Shown: positions 33,501-42,599, numbered from the stretch's first letter. The stretch: DNA of 64,000 bases from Candidatus Kapaibacterium sp. (GCA_963664875.1 OY761611.1:672001-736000); one strand, 5' to 3'. Made by a program: numbers and translations. The notes: generated from the letters alone by a model not told the origin.

Positions 33501-35799
33501 ATGGGAAGCTGTCGAAGTTAATGACATACAGCTTTCTTATTCAACGGATAATGGTAGTAACTGGCAGATAATAGAAAACAGCTTTAATGCTGATTTGAAA
33601 CATTATAATTGGGATGCTCCATATCCTCCATCTGATTCATGTCTATTCAGAATACGTGACAATAATAATTCTAAATTGAGCGATATGTCTGATCGTTTAT
33701 TCAGTATCAATGGATTATTGCTAAGCAGCGATCTCAAAGGTAAGGAACTGCTTGTCGGAACTGAATACGACATAGAATGGCTCAGCCAGGATGTTGAGAA
33801 TATCCAAATTGACTACAGTACTAACAACGGTAATAACTGGCTGACTGTTATTTCATATACCGAATCTGACGGTAAATTCAAATGGTTAGTACCAAATACA
33901 CCTACTGATTTTGGGAAAATGAGAATCATAAATAAAGATGATGTAGGAGTTTACGACATAAACATTGGTAACTTCAAAATAGTTGGTACCGGTATCAATT
34001 TACTTTCTCCAAACGGAGAAGAAAATTGGGAAATCGGAACTGAACAAATAATAAGTTGGTCAAGTGTTAATGTAGATTTTATAAACATCGATATATCATA
34101 TAATAACGGTGTAACTCCGGTAAGAATAGCATCTAATGTTTCTGCTGACTTAAAAGAGTTCCGTTGGATAGTTAGCGGTTCACCTTCGACCGAATGTCAG
34201 ATTAGAATAACCGACTCGGATAATAGCAATTTATCAACCGTGAGTGCCAAAAACTTTACAATCACAGGTGGGCTTTTCCCACCTCCACAGCATTGGTCAT
34301 ATACATCTCACACCGGTAAAAATGCTGTGATTGTTTTACCAAAGTCAATCAATCCTTTGATTTCTGAACGTCCTTTTAACAATGGCGATGCTTTAGCCGT
34401 ATTCTATACTGATTTGGCAGGCAATGAAAAATCGGCAGGATATGGAATTTGGGATGGAGGCAATTTATCAGTTACTGTTTGGGGCGACAATGACCAAACA
34501 GGTGCTAAAGACGGTTTCGCAACAGAAGAAACTTACTCACTCCGATTATGGGATGCACAATTAGGAAAAGAAACAAGAGCTAAAGTCTCTTATTCTTCAG
34601 GAAACTCATTCTTTTCAGACAATGGCATCAGTATAATTGGAACTCTAAATGCACATGAGAAACTCCGCATAGTTTTAGAACCGGGTATTTGGTCTATGAT
34701 TTCGTCTTATCTTTTGCCGGCTAATACGAATATAGATTCCATAATGCAAGATGTGGAGTCATTAGAACTAATGAAAGATGAATTAGGAGATATATTCTAT
34801 CCGGAGCAACAAATCAACACAATTACAAATTGGGAAGTTACAGACGGTTATCAAATCTATGTTAACAGCAAAGACACTCTCGAAATAGAAGGAACCCCTG
34901 TAAACCCTAATTCTTATCCAATTTCATTGCAAGCATCAAAGTGGTATATTATCTCTTATTTGTTTGATTCGCCATACCCAATCACCACTGCTTTGTCACG
35001 AATTGACTCGTCGATTGTTCTTGTTAAAAATGATGATGGGCAGATTTGGTATCCTGCGTATGGAATAAATCAGATAGGCAATATGCGTCCAACTGAAGGG
35101 TATAAAATTGTTTTAAATGAGAATAATACACTCATTTACAACACAGCTCCTTTGGTAGGCAAAATTGCAAATAACGAAATTGCAATCAATGAATACTATG
35201 AGACAGATTTCAAACAAACAGGTTCTAATTGCAACGTAATTTTAAAATTGATTGATTTCGATTATGCAGATGAATTTGCTGTCAAGACAAAATCAGGCGA
35301 CATAGTAGGCACAGGCATAAATACAACAGGAACAGTAGCTTTGACTGTATGGGGCGACAATACTTACACAGAAGTAAAAGATGGCCTTGCAGCTAATGAA
35401 GAAATAAGCCTATATGTTTGGTCTAAAAAAGAAAACAAGGAATATCCTATCTTAATCAAAGAGTATAAAGACCTGCTTTCAAATCAGTCATATTCAGAAA
35501 CATTGAGATTTGTTTCCGACGGTATCTTTGAAGTAGTTCTAACTAAGGACAATATTTCAAGTGTTTCGGAATTGTATTCACAACCTGAAATTTATCCAAA
35601 TCCAACCCAAGATTACATAAATGTTACTAACCACAATTATGAGACTTATTCTATATTAGATTTGCTTGGCAATAGGATCCAGTCAGGTACTTTAGAAGGT
35701 AAGAACATTCCAATAGTAAGTATTCCGGCAGGAACTTATCTCCTAAGATTGGAAACCAAACTTCAAAGTTCTTTACACAATTTTACGATAATCAGATAA
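30565..35799 (+). CDS. Large T9SS substrate: YCF48/BNR propeller, about 10 Ig-like SPNGxE...W repeats, two WGDN modules, T9SS CTD
   Basis: Repeated VGxxGxIxKTTDGGxTW; ten units of SPNG.E....G....I.W......I.YS.DNG..W; C-terminal IYPNPT...ILDLLG...PAGTYLL. Confidence 0.85.
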   Translation: MKKIVASFLISILMPLAAMAGWIDMNIGTNTIYSVQVLPGNQIGFATTLNGYYYTTDYGANWQFTQVGNPNTTYKSVFFINSDLGFIVGSSGKIYKTINGGASWSNISPNNFNSYECIKFYNNTHGILVGTSGTIFNTTDAGNSWQNSVSPTSQWLKSVAYSTDSKIFIVGNSGILLKSTNSGNTWTSINSGTTDNLNSIHFPSQNVAYTCGWNGTILKTTDGGDTWSALPKFTNATLKSIYFTSDLTGVAVGDNGTVISTTDGGNTWKSLNSGETDNLTSVFFSSATNGFIVGENGAAIKTEDNGLNSEMQLTLTSHNDGSTITSDATSNISWSGINMANQNIDLFYSTDNGTSWIKIATTDFNDSPYAWDVPDLASNQMRIKIQHSKHFGLKDVSDNAFEVTTNKINITSPVAGERFQIGKPLTITWNSYDISNMNLEYTVDGITWTSIASNIPANSGLYIWNSPSEISGNYKIRATEVSNALNKYVTEDFVVTNLSIQNPANGMSLNPNFPQPVSWSSNLIETVRIEYSTDSTNWMLAGTTAASNASFIWSTPDNTMIVWLRLSDASYPNINDINKYVVSSTPIISVTEPNGVKSYKFGSNINISWVSASVLNVKIEASYDNGQTWATIVNAISASVLNYNWMPTQLSANALIRVTDVANTSLFDISDNPFKIADITILSPGAGQDVQAESTVSLNWSAANVENVKIEYSLDNWSTSQEIVNQISATTGTYAWQVPDVNTSNARVRISDTDHPAITKEVVFNIKQSLNLSLLAPIGNELLKSGNQFPITWNSKNISALKLEYSTDSATSWHLIADNVNADSSPYYWTVPDLSSQKCLVRISQTTDPSVYAISAHNFAISNAKLTLLSPNGAELWYAGDNKEIVWNCKGVINVGLSYQIHPDSNWVVISNSVAAEPTMKFNWTIPTIPSNFVKIKIFDTQNPQIFDVSDAVFTVAGVRLLSLNDGEKLIFREMTEISWEAVEVNDIQLSYSTDNGSNWQIIENSFNADLKHYNWDAPYPPSDSCLFRIRDNNNSKLSDMSDRLFSINGLLLSSDLKGKELLVGTEYDIEWLSQDVENIQIDYSTNNGNNWLTVISYTESDGKFKWLVPNTPTDFGKMRIINKDDVGVYDINIGNFKIVGTGINLLSPNGEENWEIGTEQIISWSSVNVDFINIDISYNNGVTPVRIASNVSADLKEFRWIVSGSPSTECQIRITDSDNSNLSTVSAKNFTITGGLFPPPQHWSYTSHTGKNAVIVLPKSINPLISERPFNNGDALAVFYTDLAGNEKSAGYGIWDGGNLSVTVWGDNDQTGAKDGFATEETYSLRLWDAQLGKETRAKVSYSSGNSFFSDNGISIIGTLNAHEKLRIVLEPGIWSMISSYLLPANTNIDSIMQDVESLELMKDELGDIFYPEQQINTITNWEVTDGYQIYVNSKDTLEIEGTPVNPNSYPISLQASKWYIISYLFDSPYPITTALSRIDSSIVLVKNDDGQIWYPAYGINQIGNMRPTEGYKIVLNENNTLIYNTAPLVGKIANNEIAINEYYETDFKQTGSNCNVILKLIDFDYADEFAVKTKSGDIVGTGINTTGTVALTVWGDNTYTEVKDGLAANEEISLYVWSKKENKEYPILIKEYKDLLSNQSYSETLRFVSDGIFEVVLTKDNISSVSELYSQPEIYPNPTQDYINVTNHNYETYSILDLLGNRIQSGTLEGKNIPIVSIPAGTYLLRLETKLQSSLHNFTIIR

Positions 35800-35838
35800 T
35801 CAGATAACAGATTCAGTTTAGATATAATAAAACTTCAA

Positions 35839-35874
35839 AAGGCTGCCAAAGATGTGAAAACATCAGGCAGCCTT
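35839..35874. terminator. Hairpin between the convergent T9SS gene and mazG
   Basis: aaggctgcc...ggcagcctt outer stem enclosing gatgt-gaaa-acatc. Confidence 0.65.
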
Positions 35875-35949
35875 ATTGTATATGTAATAGTTTACTGTCT
35901 CTTAGAAAACGAAACTTTGGAACTTTTTAAAATCCTCTACCCTGCTTTG

Positions 35950-36756
35950 TTATAATTCTACTTTTGCTTTATCCCATAGCTCATCCATTTCTCCCAAAGT
36001 CATATCTTTGAGTTCTTTGCCCATTTCTTTTGCTTTTTGCTCGACATATTGAAATCTTTTTGTAAACTTGTTGTTCGTTTTTTGGAGTGCTTCTTCCGGT
36101 ACAATTTCTGCAAATCGTGCAGCATTGACTAAAGAAAAAATAAAATCTCCAAATTCTTCGCTGACTCGTTCTTTGTTTTTTCCATTGTGCATTTCTTCTT
36201 TAAGTTCGGAAAGTTCCTCTTCTACTTTTGCCCAAACATCATTTTTATCGTCCCAATCGAAACCAACTCTTGACGCTTTATGCTGTATCCTTTCTGCTCT
36301 AAGCAATGCAGGTAAGGCTAATGGAACACCGTCCAATGCCGACTTTTTGCCTTCCTTTTTCTTCAGTTGTTCCCAATTTTTCATAACGTCATCTGTTGAC
36401 TCGACATTTACATCAGCAAAAACGTGAGGATGGCGATGAACCATTTTATCACTTATTTTTTTAATCACATCATTCAAATTAAAAGCACCACGCTCTTCAG
36501 CCATAATGGCGTGCATAACAATATGCAAGAGCAAATCGCCCAACTCACCTGCAAATTCGGAATCATTTTTTTTGTGGATGGCGTCTATGGTTTCGTAAGC
36601 CTCTTCTATCATCAGATGAGCAATTGATTCATTTGTCTGTGCACTATCCCAAGGACAGTCTGTTCTTAATATTTTTACTATTTCAACAAAAGCTGTAAAT
36701 CTATCTATGTAGTTGGAAGGATCAACCGGTAAAGGTACTTCTCTGTTTTTAGACAT
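35950..36756 (-). CDS. mazG: Nucleoside triphosphate pyrophosphohydrolase MazG
   Basis: CPWD...EEAYE...ELGDLL...RHPHVF...VGFDW...EEFGD...KFTKRFQYVE tandem MazG domains. Confidence 0.95.
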   Translation of the reverse strand: MSKNREVPLPVDPSNYIDRFTAFVEIVKILRTDCPWDSAQTNESIAHLMIEEAYETIDAIHKKNDSEFAGELGDLLLHIVMHAIMAEERGAFNLNDVIKKISDKMVHRHPHVFADVNVESTDDVMKNWEQLKKKEGKKSALDGVPLALPALLRAERIQHKASRVGFDWDDKNDVWAKVEEELSELKEEMHNGKNKERVSEEFGDFIFSLVNAARFAEIVPEEALQKTNNKFTKRFQYVEQKAKEMGKELKDMTLGEMDELWDKAKVEL

Positions 36757-37146
36757 TTTGTACTACCTATATATATAAGAAATAAAATAGTTAAACTGCA
36801 TAAGAGTTATTATGCTAATATAATCGATTTTGTAAAGATTAGACAAAAATATTATGCTCATTACCTATGTAATTGCATGAAGCAAATAAAGTAAAAAGTT
36901 TTCAACAGGATTTATTCGAGAATATCGATTCGCTTATAAATTCTAAGTTTTTGCTATTATTGAATTTAGCCATTACTATTTTTTCTGTGGTTTAAATTTA
37001 TTATATTTGGTAATGTTATGGGTAACATTTTTGATAATGTTAAAAGCAGTAATGTGAACTATTTCTGCCCGAACTTTACAAGCTGATGAGAACAGTTTTT
37101 TTTTGATTTTAATTTATATAATTGTTTCAATTTTTCGGGTTTTCCG

Positions 37147-37968
37147 ATGGCAAAAAATATTGCAAGTAGAAAGTTATGGGCACTTGTATTAGGTGTATCA
37201 AGTGGCTTTGGTAAAGAATGTGCTTTGGAGTTGGCTAAAAACGGGTACAATATCTATGGTGTCCATATGGACATGGGTTCCAACAAAAAGAAAGCAGAGG
37301 AATTCAGAAATGTACTTGAAACATTAGGCGTAGAAGCTGTATTTTTCAATGTAAATGCTGCTGATGATGACAAACGCAAAGAAGTAATCGATGCAATAAA
37401 AGAAAGACAAAACGCTGATGAAAACCATGAACTTAGAGTACTTATCCACTCTTTGGCTTTTGGTGCAATTAGAAAGTTTTTCAGCGAAGACCATAGCGAA
37501 ATGCTAAACAAGAAACAGGTTGAAATGACTATGGACGTTATGGCGAATAGTCTTTTATATTGGACTCAGGATTTATTTATTGAAAAACTTCTTGCAGAAA
37601 ACTCAAGAATTTTTGCAATGACTTCCATTGGATCTACTCGTGCAATGCAGTATTATGGAGCAGTTTCTGTTGCTAAAGCAGCATTAGAAGCTTATATCCG
37701 TCAGATTGCTGTAGAGCTTGCTCCTTATAAAATAACAGCGAACTCTATTCATGCAGGTCTTACTGATACTCCTGCTGCTGCAAAGATTCCGGGATTTGAA
37801 AAAATGCTCGCTCAGGCTAAAGACCACAATCCATTCCATAGAAACACTGTACCGTCTGACGTTGCCAAAGCTGTTTCTTTGCTTGTAGATGAAAAATTCT
37901 ACTGGATTACAGGCGATGTTATCCATGTTGATGGTGGTGAAAGTATTTTGAACTTTATAGAAAGCTAA
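37147..37968 (+). CDS. SDR family oxidoreductase, enoyl-ACP reductase (FabL/FabI-like)
   Basis: LGVSSGFG cofactor loop, YGAVSVAK (YxxxxxxK), TDTPA, TGDVIHVDGG. Confidence 0.88.
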   Translation: MAKNIASRKLWALVLGVSSGFGKECALELAKNGYNIYGVHMDMGSNKKKAEEFRNVLETLGVEAVFFNVNAADDDKRKEVIDAIKERQNADENHELRVLIHSLAFGAIRKFFSEDHSEMLNKKQVEMTMDVMANSLLYWTQDLFIEKLLAENSRIFAMTSIGSTRAMQYYGAVSVAKAALEAYIRQIAVELAPYKITANSIHAGLTDTPAAAKIPGFEKMLAQAKDHNPFHRNTVPSDVAKAVSLLVDEKFYWITGDVIHVDGGESILNFIES

Positions 37969-37969
37969 T

Positions 37970-38647
37970 ATGGCACTCGCTGATAAATATGCCTTGATTA
38001 CAGGCATAACAGGTGATTTTGGTAAAATGACCGCATTCCGCTTAGCGGAATGCGGTTATGGTTTATTTGGAGTTCACTTTGATTTGGAAAATATAAATGA
38101 CAAAATCAAAGATTTGAAAACTGAGCTTCAGAAGAACCAAACTGATTTCAAACTTTTTAATTTGAACGCTACGGAACCCGACAACCGACAGCTTGTTATT
38201 GCAAATATGCAAAGATATCTTGGTTCAGATATCAAACCTGACATTTTTGTTTACACGCTTAAATATCCAGCTATCGGTCCAATCATAGACGATATTCAGT
38301 CAAGACAGGTTTCTCAAAGAAAAATTGAAGCTACTTTTGACACTATGGCGCATGGTTTTGTCTATTGGGTTCAAGATTTATTTAATGCAGGGATGTTATT
38401 ACCGGGCTCTAAAATAATTGCGGTAATCGAGGATATTGAAAATAGAGAGCACAATGGTATTCTAATCGCTTCCTACGCAGCTCTTATAGAATACGTAAAA
38501 CAACTTTCTATCGAATTATATGATCATCGTATTTCTGTAAATGCTATTTTCGGAAATGTTGACAATCCAAAAATTCCCGGTACTTTTTCCTTGCTTTCAT
38601 TGGACAATAATCACTATCTTACAGGTCAAATATTTGACATGATTTAG
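37970..38647 (+). CDS. Degenerate SDR paralog lacking catalytic Tyr/Lys
   Basis: ALITGITGDFG; MAHGFVYWVQDLF matches MANSLLYWTQDLF of the upstream gene; the YxxxxxxK region is replaced by NGILIASY. Confidence 0.8.
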   Translation: MALADKYALITGITGDFGKMTAFRLAECGYGLFGVHFDLENINDKIKDLKTELQKNQTDFKLFNLNATEPDNRQLVIANMQRYLGSDIKPDIFVYTLKYPAIGPIIDDIQSRQVSQRKIEATFDTMAHGFVYWVQDLFNAGMLLPGSKIIAVIEDIENREHNGILIASYAALIEYVKQLSIELYDHRISVNAIFGNVDNPKIPGTFSLLSLDNNHYLTGQIFDMI

Positions 38648-38682
38648 TTCAGAAATTATTCTACATAAGAAAAGGGAGAACA

Positions 38683-39822
38683 ATGGATTTTAAACTTACC
38701 GAAGAGCAGCAAATGCTCAGAGATATGGTGCGTGATTTCGCAACTAATGAACTTAAACCGGTAGCTGCTCAAATAGATGAGCAGGAAGCTATTCCTCAGG
38801 AAATTATTTCACAGATAGGCGAACTTGGCATCCTTGGTGCTGCTTTCCCTGTCGAATACGGTGGCAGCGGCTTTGGTGAAGTCGGTTATTGCCTTATCCA
38901 GGAAGAAATCGGAAGAGCTTGCCTTTCTACAGCTACTTTTATCGGTGCTCACGTATCTATCGGTACTAACTCTATATTTAATGGTGGTAGCGAAGAACAA
39001 AGACAAAAATATATCCCTCAATTAGCTTCAGGCGAGAAAATTGCTGCTTTTGCTCTTACTGAGCAGGGTGCAGGTTCTGACGCTTTTAATTTGAGAACTA
39101 AAGCTGAAAAAGACGGCGACAATTGGATTATCAATGGTGAAAAACTTTGGATTACTAATGGCCCGTTTGCTGACGTATTTGCTGTTTACGCAAGAACTAA
39201 CCGCGGTATCACTGCATTTGTTGTAGAAAAAGGAGCAGAAGGCTTTTCTGCAGGTGCTCCTGAAAAGAAAATGGGTATCAAAGGCTCTAAAACTTCTTCT
39301 TTGACTTTTGACAACGTTGTAGTACCTGATGCAAATAGATTAGGTCAAGACGGTCGTGGTTTCCTTATTGCAATGAAAACATTGGATGCAGGGCGCTTAG
39401 GTCTTGGTGCTGCTTGCCTTGGTGGTATGAAAGAAATGCTTGAACTTTCTGTTCAATATTCCAAAGAAAGAAAACAGTTCAGCGAACCAATTGCTAACTT
39501 CCAGGCAGTTCAGGAAATGCTTGCTGAAATGGCAACTCAGATTTACATCTGCGAATCTCTTGTTTACCGTACAGCTCATAAATATGATGAAGGTACTATG
39601 CTTTCAAGAGAATCAGCAATGGTTAAATTAGTTTGCTCCGAAGGCTTGCACAAATGCGTTGATTTAGCAATGCAGGTTCACGGCGGTATGGGCTTCTCGC
39701 GTGAAATGCCAATCGAAAGATTCTACAGAGATTCCAGAATCAACAAAATCTTCGAAGGTACAAACGAAATCCAGAAATTTATCATCGCAAGAGATGTTTT
39801 GAAAAGAAATGGCAAAATGTAA
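38683..39822 (+). CDS. Acyl-CoA dehydrogenase
   Basis: FALTEQGAGSD, NGEKLWITNG, EKKMGIKGS, LDAGRLG, QVHGGMG, IFEGTNEIQ. Confidence 0.95.
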   Translation: MDFKLTEEQQMLRDMVRDFATNELKPVAAQIDEQEAIPQEIISQIGELGILGAAFPVEYGGSGFGEVGYCLIQEEIGRACLSTATFIGAHVSIGTNSIFNGGSEEQRQKYIPQLASGEKIAAFALTEQGAGSDAFNLRTKAEKDGDNWIINGEKLWITNGPFADVFAVYARTNRGITAFVVEKGAEGFSAGAPEKKMGIKGSKTSSLTFDNVVVPDANRLGQDGRGFLIAMKTLDAGRLGLGAACLGGMKEMLELSVQYSKERKQFSEPIANFQAVQEMLAEMATQIYICESLVYRTAHKYDEGTMLSRESAMVKLVCSEGLHKCVDLAMQVHGGMGFSREMPIERFYRDSRINKIFEGTNEIQKFIIARDVLKRNGKM

Positions 39823-39847
39823 TAATTGCCTATAATTCTGTTCTAAG

Positions 39848-39881
39848 AAGCTACCTGAAGCGATTTAGGTAGCTTTTTTTT
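39848..39881 (+). terminator. Intrinsic terminator after the acyl-CoA dehydrogenase gene
   Basis: aagctacct...aggtagctt followed by a T-tract. Confidence 0.75.
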
Positions 39882-39990
39882 ATTTACCAAACTTATTAGA
39901 AAAGAATCCTGTTTTTTATTAGTAAACACTCAATACATAAGTGTAATTTTATATCCTCAGAGAAAGTCTTTAGCTTTTGGTAGCTGGAAA

Positions 39991-41364
39991 TCAGTTCTTT
40001 TGTTTCAAAATCCAGTTTTTGATATATTCCAACACATCAGGTGAAATGGTTTGCTCGATTTGTGCATATTCATTTGGCATTCCGGTATTACATTCCTGAA
40101 ATAGATGATTGAGATTATCAAATTGTTTAATTTGCACATCAAGCTTATTATCTTCTCTCAGCTTTTCAAGTAATTCAATATTTTCCTGAGCAGGAACTTG
40201 CAGGTCTTTTGACCCAAACAGAGCAAGAATAGGTGTCTTAACATTCTTGATATATTTGCTAGGTTCTAAAGCTATAAAGGATTTCCACCAAACATTTGTT
40301 ATCTGCTGCACTATAGATTTGTTATCCTCGCTCGGAAGCATACCTGAATACGCTTTATCAAAATGTTTCGATAGAGAGTCTTGCAATGAGGTTAAATCCA
40401 AATTTGAATCTGTGAGAATGTCGTAAGCTTCTCTGAATATTTTGCTGTTTTTTTCAAGTACTTCTTTCGGCACACCCATCTGTTCTTCAATTTTATATTT
40501 TTGGAGAATCATAAGATCTTTTCCGCTCAATACAGGTCCAGCAAGCATAACGATATAGTTAATTTGATTATCCTTAGATGCAATTATTGGAGCTATTACC
40601 CCACCTTCGCTGTGACCTATAATTCCAATATTCTCTTTATCAATTTCAGGTTGCAATTTTAAGAACTCCAAAGCATATTTGGCATCATTAACAAAATCAT
40701 AAGTTGTTGCAATCGAATAATCGCCTTCCGATTCGGCAGTTCCTCGATCATCATATCGTAGGACAGCAATTCCGTTTCGGGTAAGAAAGTCAGAAATTAC
40801 AAGGAAGGGTTTGTGAGACATTATTTCTTCATCTCTATTCTGAGCTCCGCTCCCGCTTACTAATACAACAGCAGGAAACTTACTACCTTTTTCAGGCAAG
40901 GTCAAAGTACCTTTGAGAAGGATATTATCTGTTTCATTTTTAAAACTAACATCTTTACTAATATACGGGTAGGGCTTTTTAGGGTTCTGTGGTCTATTGG
41001 GACCGGTTGATTTTTCCATACTTTTAGTCAAATTTAGTTCAAATTGCTGACCGCCCTGCATGAAGTTACCTTTTATATTAAAATCGTCTTCAATTATCCC
41101 TTTATAAACGATACCTCCAAGGCTCACTTCAAACAAAACCTCAGATTCTACCACTTCTACTTTACTTGCTTTTATTCCATAAGCTCCCTGACTCGGGCTA
41201 TCCATTGTCCCTGAGTATAAATCACCGTTTTTTTCTATGTTGAAATTAAGTTTTAAGTTCATGCCCTGAACTGATAAGTTGCCGGTCCAAGTCCCGCTAA
41301 TGTCAGCAGCATTCAAGCTAATAGCGACTAAGAATGATAATAAAAGGTATATTACTGTTTTCAT
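39991..41364 (-). CDS. Secreted alpha/beta hydrolase
   Basis: ATG at 41364 after GGGAG gives a signal peptide; RPQNP, SGSGAQNRDE, RYDDRG, GHSEG nucleophile, KDLQV Asp, LNHLFQ His. Confidence 0.9.
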   Translation of the reverse strand: MKTVIYLLLSFLVAISLNAADISGTWTGNLSVQGMNLKLNFNIEKNGDLYSGTMDSPSQGAYGIKASKVEVVESEVLFEVSLGGIVYKGIIEDDFNIKGNFMQGGQQFELNLTKSMEKSTGPNRPQNPKKPYPYISKDVSFKNETDNILLKGTLTLPEKGSKFPAVVLVSGSGAQNRDEEIMSHKPFLVISDFLTRNGIAVLRYDDRGTAESEGDYSIATTYDFVNDAKYALEFLKLQPEIDKENIGIIGHSEGGVIAPIIASKDNQINYIVMLAGPVLSGKDLMILQKYKIEEQMGVPKEVLEKNSKIFREAYDILTDSNLDLTSLQDSLSKHFDKAYSGMLPSEDNKSIVQQITNVWWKSFIALEPSKYIKNVKTPILALFGSKDLQVPAQENIELLEKLREDNKLDVQIKQFDNLNHLFQECNTGMPNEYAQIEQTISPDVLEYIKNWILKQKN

Positions 41365-41486
41365 TTTAATCTCCCTTTGTGTGATAAGAATACAGATAAA
41401 CAATATTAGATATTTGGATAATACGAAATGATCGTAAAAAAGAAACAAAAGAAATAAAATTTTAGCTGTAGTAAGGTCGGATTTTT

Positions 41487-41555
41487 GAAAGTCTGAACCC
41501 CAAAAGGGATTGTTCCCAAAGTGTGTGTGTTTATGTGTTTTGAGTTCAGACTTTC
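41487..41555 (-). ncRNA. Candidate structured RNA (sRNA or 5' leader) with CA-rich loop
   Basis: Stem gaaagtctgaac/gttcagactttc, extendable by G-U only on the minus strand, enclosing cacataaacacacacac and a ggga-acaa-tccc hairpin. A TATATTTG box lies on the minus strand at 41565-41572. Confidence 0.4.
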
Positions 41556-41708
41556 TATTGAACTCAAATATATAAAATATTTATTTAATATAAGAATACG
41601 AGAAATAATTCTCTATTGAACGAATAAAATGAATAAATTTATTATTCAATATTATCATTATTATTCTTATATTTATAAATTATTTATATCATATTTTGAG
41701 GTTTATAC

Positions 41709-42599
41709 ATGAAGAGACTTCTTACTCTTATCATTGCTTTTGTACTATGCACATTAGCGTCTTATTCTCAGATGTTTTCTCCTTTTACTTCAAACGAAGG
41801 TTACGATCTCGCAAAAACATCAGCTGAAACATATCTGGGAGACAATCCAAAACTTCTTATTATAGGCCACTTCCTGGGCTCTTTGGACCTTACTTATGGA
41901 GGAGTGCCTGTTGAAATGCCATCAGGATTTGATTTTAGCACAGGCAAAGCTAATTATTGGGTATATGTTTTCAAAAATGAGACAAGTAAAGTTGAGATTG
42001 GCGTAATTAACTCCCCTATGCTTGGTGGATTTCAAGCTATGGAGATGGATCTTTCTCCTTATCTTGACTTCACAACAATGATTGATATGCAATCTGAAAT
42101 ATCTCCAAATGAAATAATTGATTCTAAAGATATAGACCAATACTTTTCACAAAATTCCGAGTTCATGGCAAAATACAGCAATTTGGAAAGCTACAAAGAC
42201 GGCTACATGGGACTATATTACAATGGTCCTGTGCCGGAATTTGAGCAAAAACTATACTGGGGATTTTGGTTTATTAAAGAAAACAACGATGCAGAAATTT
42301 GTGCACTCGACATCGAATCAAAACAAATGGAATGTATCGCATATACCTCTGTAGAAGAGGAAAATGAGGTAGATTTTTCCATCTCTCCAAATCCTGCCAA
42401 TGATATATTAAATATTTCAAATACTGAATTTGCAACAAATTATGTCATCAGCAATTATGTTGGGGAAATAGTCAGCGAAGGTGATTTGAATTCCGGTACC
42501 AATACTTTGAATATTAGTAATCTCCCCTCGGGTATTTACTTTATTCAGTTATCAAACAACTCAGGAATGATTAAAGCAGAAAAGATAATCGTTAAATAA
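41709..42599 (+). CDS. T9SS-secreted protein with uncharacterised N-terminal domain
   Basis: Signal peptide; C-terminal ISPNPAND...ISNLPSGIYFI...KIIVK CTD; GAGG RBS. Confidence 0.85.
   Translation: MKRLLTLIIAFVLCTLASYSQMFSPFTSNEGYDLAKTSAETYLGDNPKLLIIGHFLGSLDLTYGGVPVEMPSGFDFSTGKANYWVYVFKNETSKVEIGVINSPMLGGFQAMEMDLSPYLDFTTMIDMQSEISPNEIIDSKDIDQYFSQNSEFMAKYSNLESYKDGYMGLYYNGPVPEFEQKLYWGFWFIKENNDAEICALDIESKQMECIAYTSVEEENEVDFSISPNPANDILNISNTEFATNYVISNYVGEIVSEGDLNSGTNTLNISNLPSGIYFIQLSNNSGMIKAEKIIVK

Noticed and set aside
20613-35799. Genomic island integrated at tRNA-Pro (kinases and giant secreted proteins follow it)
   Set aside because: No integrase, no duplicated tRNA 3' end seen, and no obvious compositional shift.
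35788-35816. ataatcag tandem duplication at the stop of the 1744-aa gene
   Set aside because: Two short units, consistent with local slippage and with no functional consequence.
41521-41540. (GT)n run as a phase-variable microsatellite
   Set aside because: Only five GT units and intergenic. Better explained as the loop of the structured RNA candidate.
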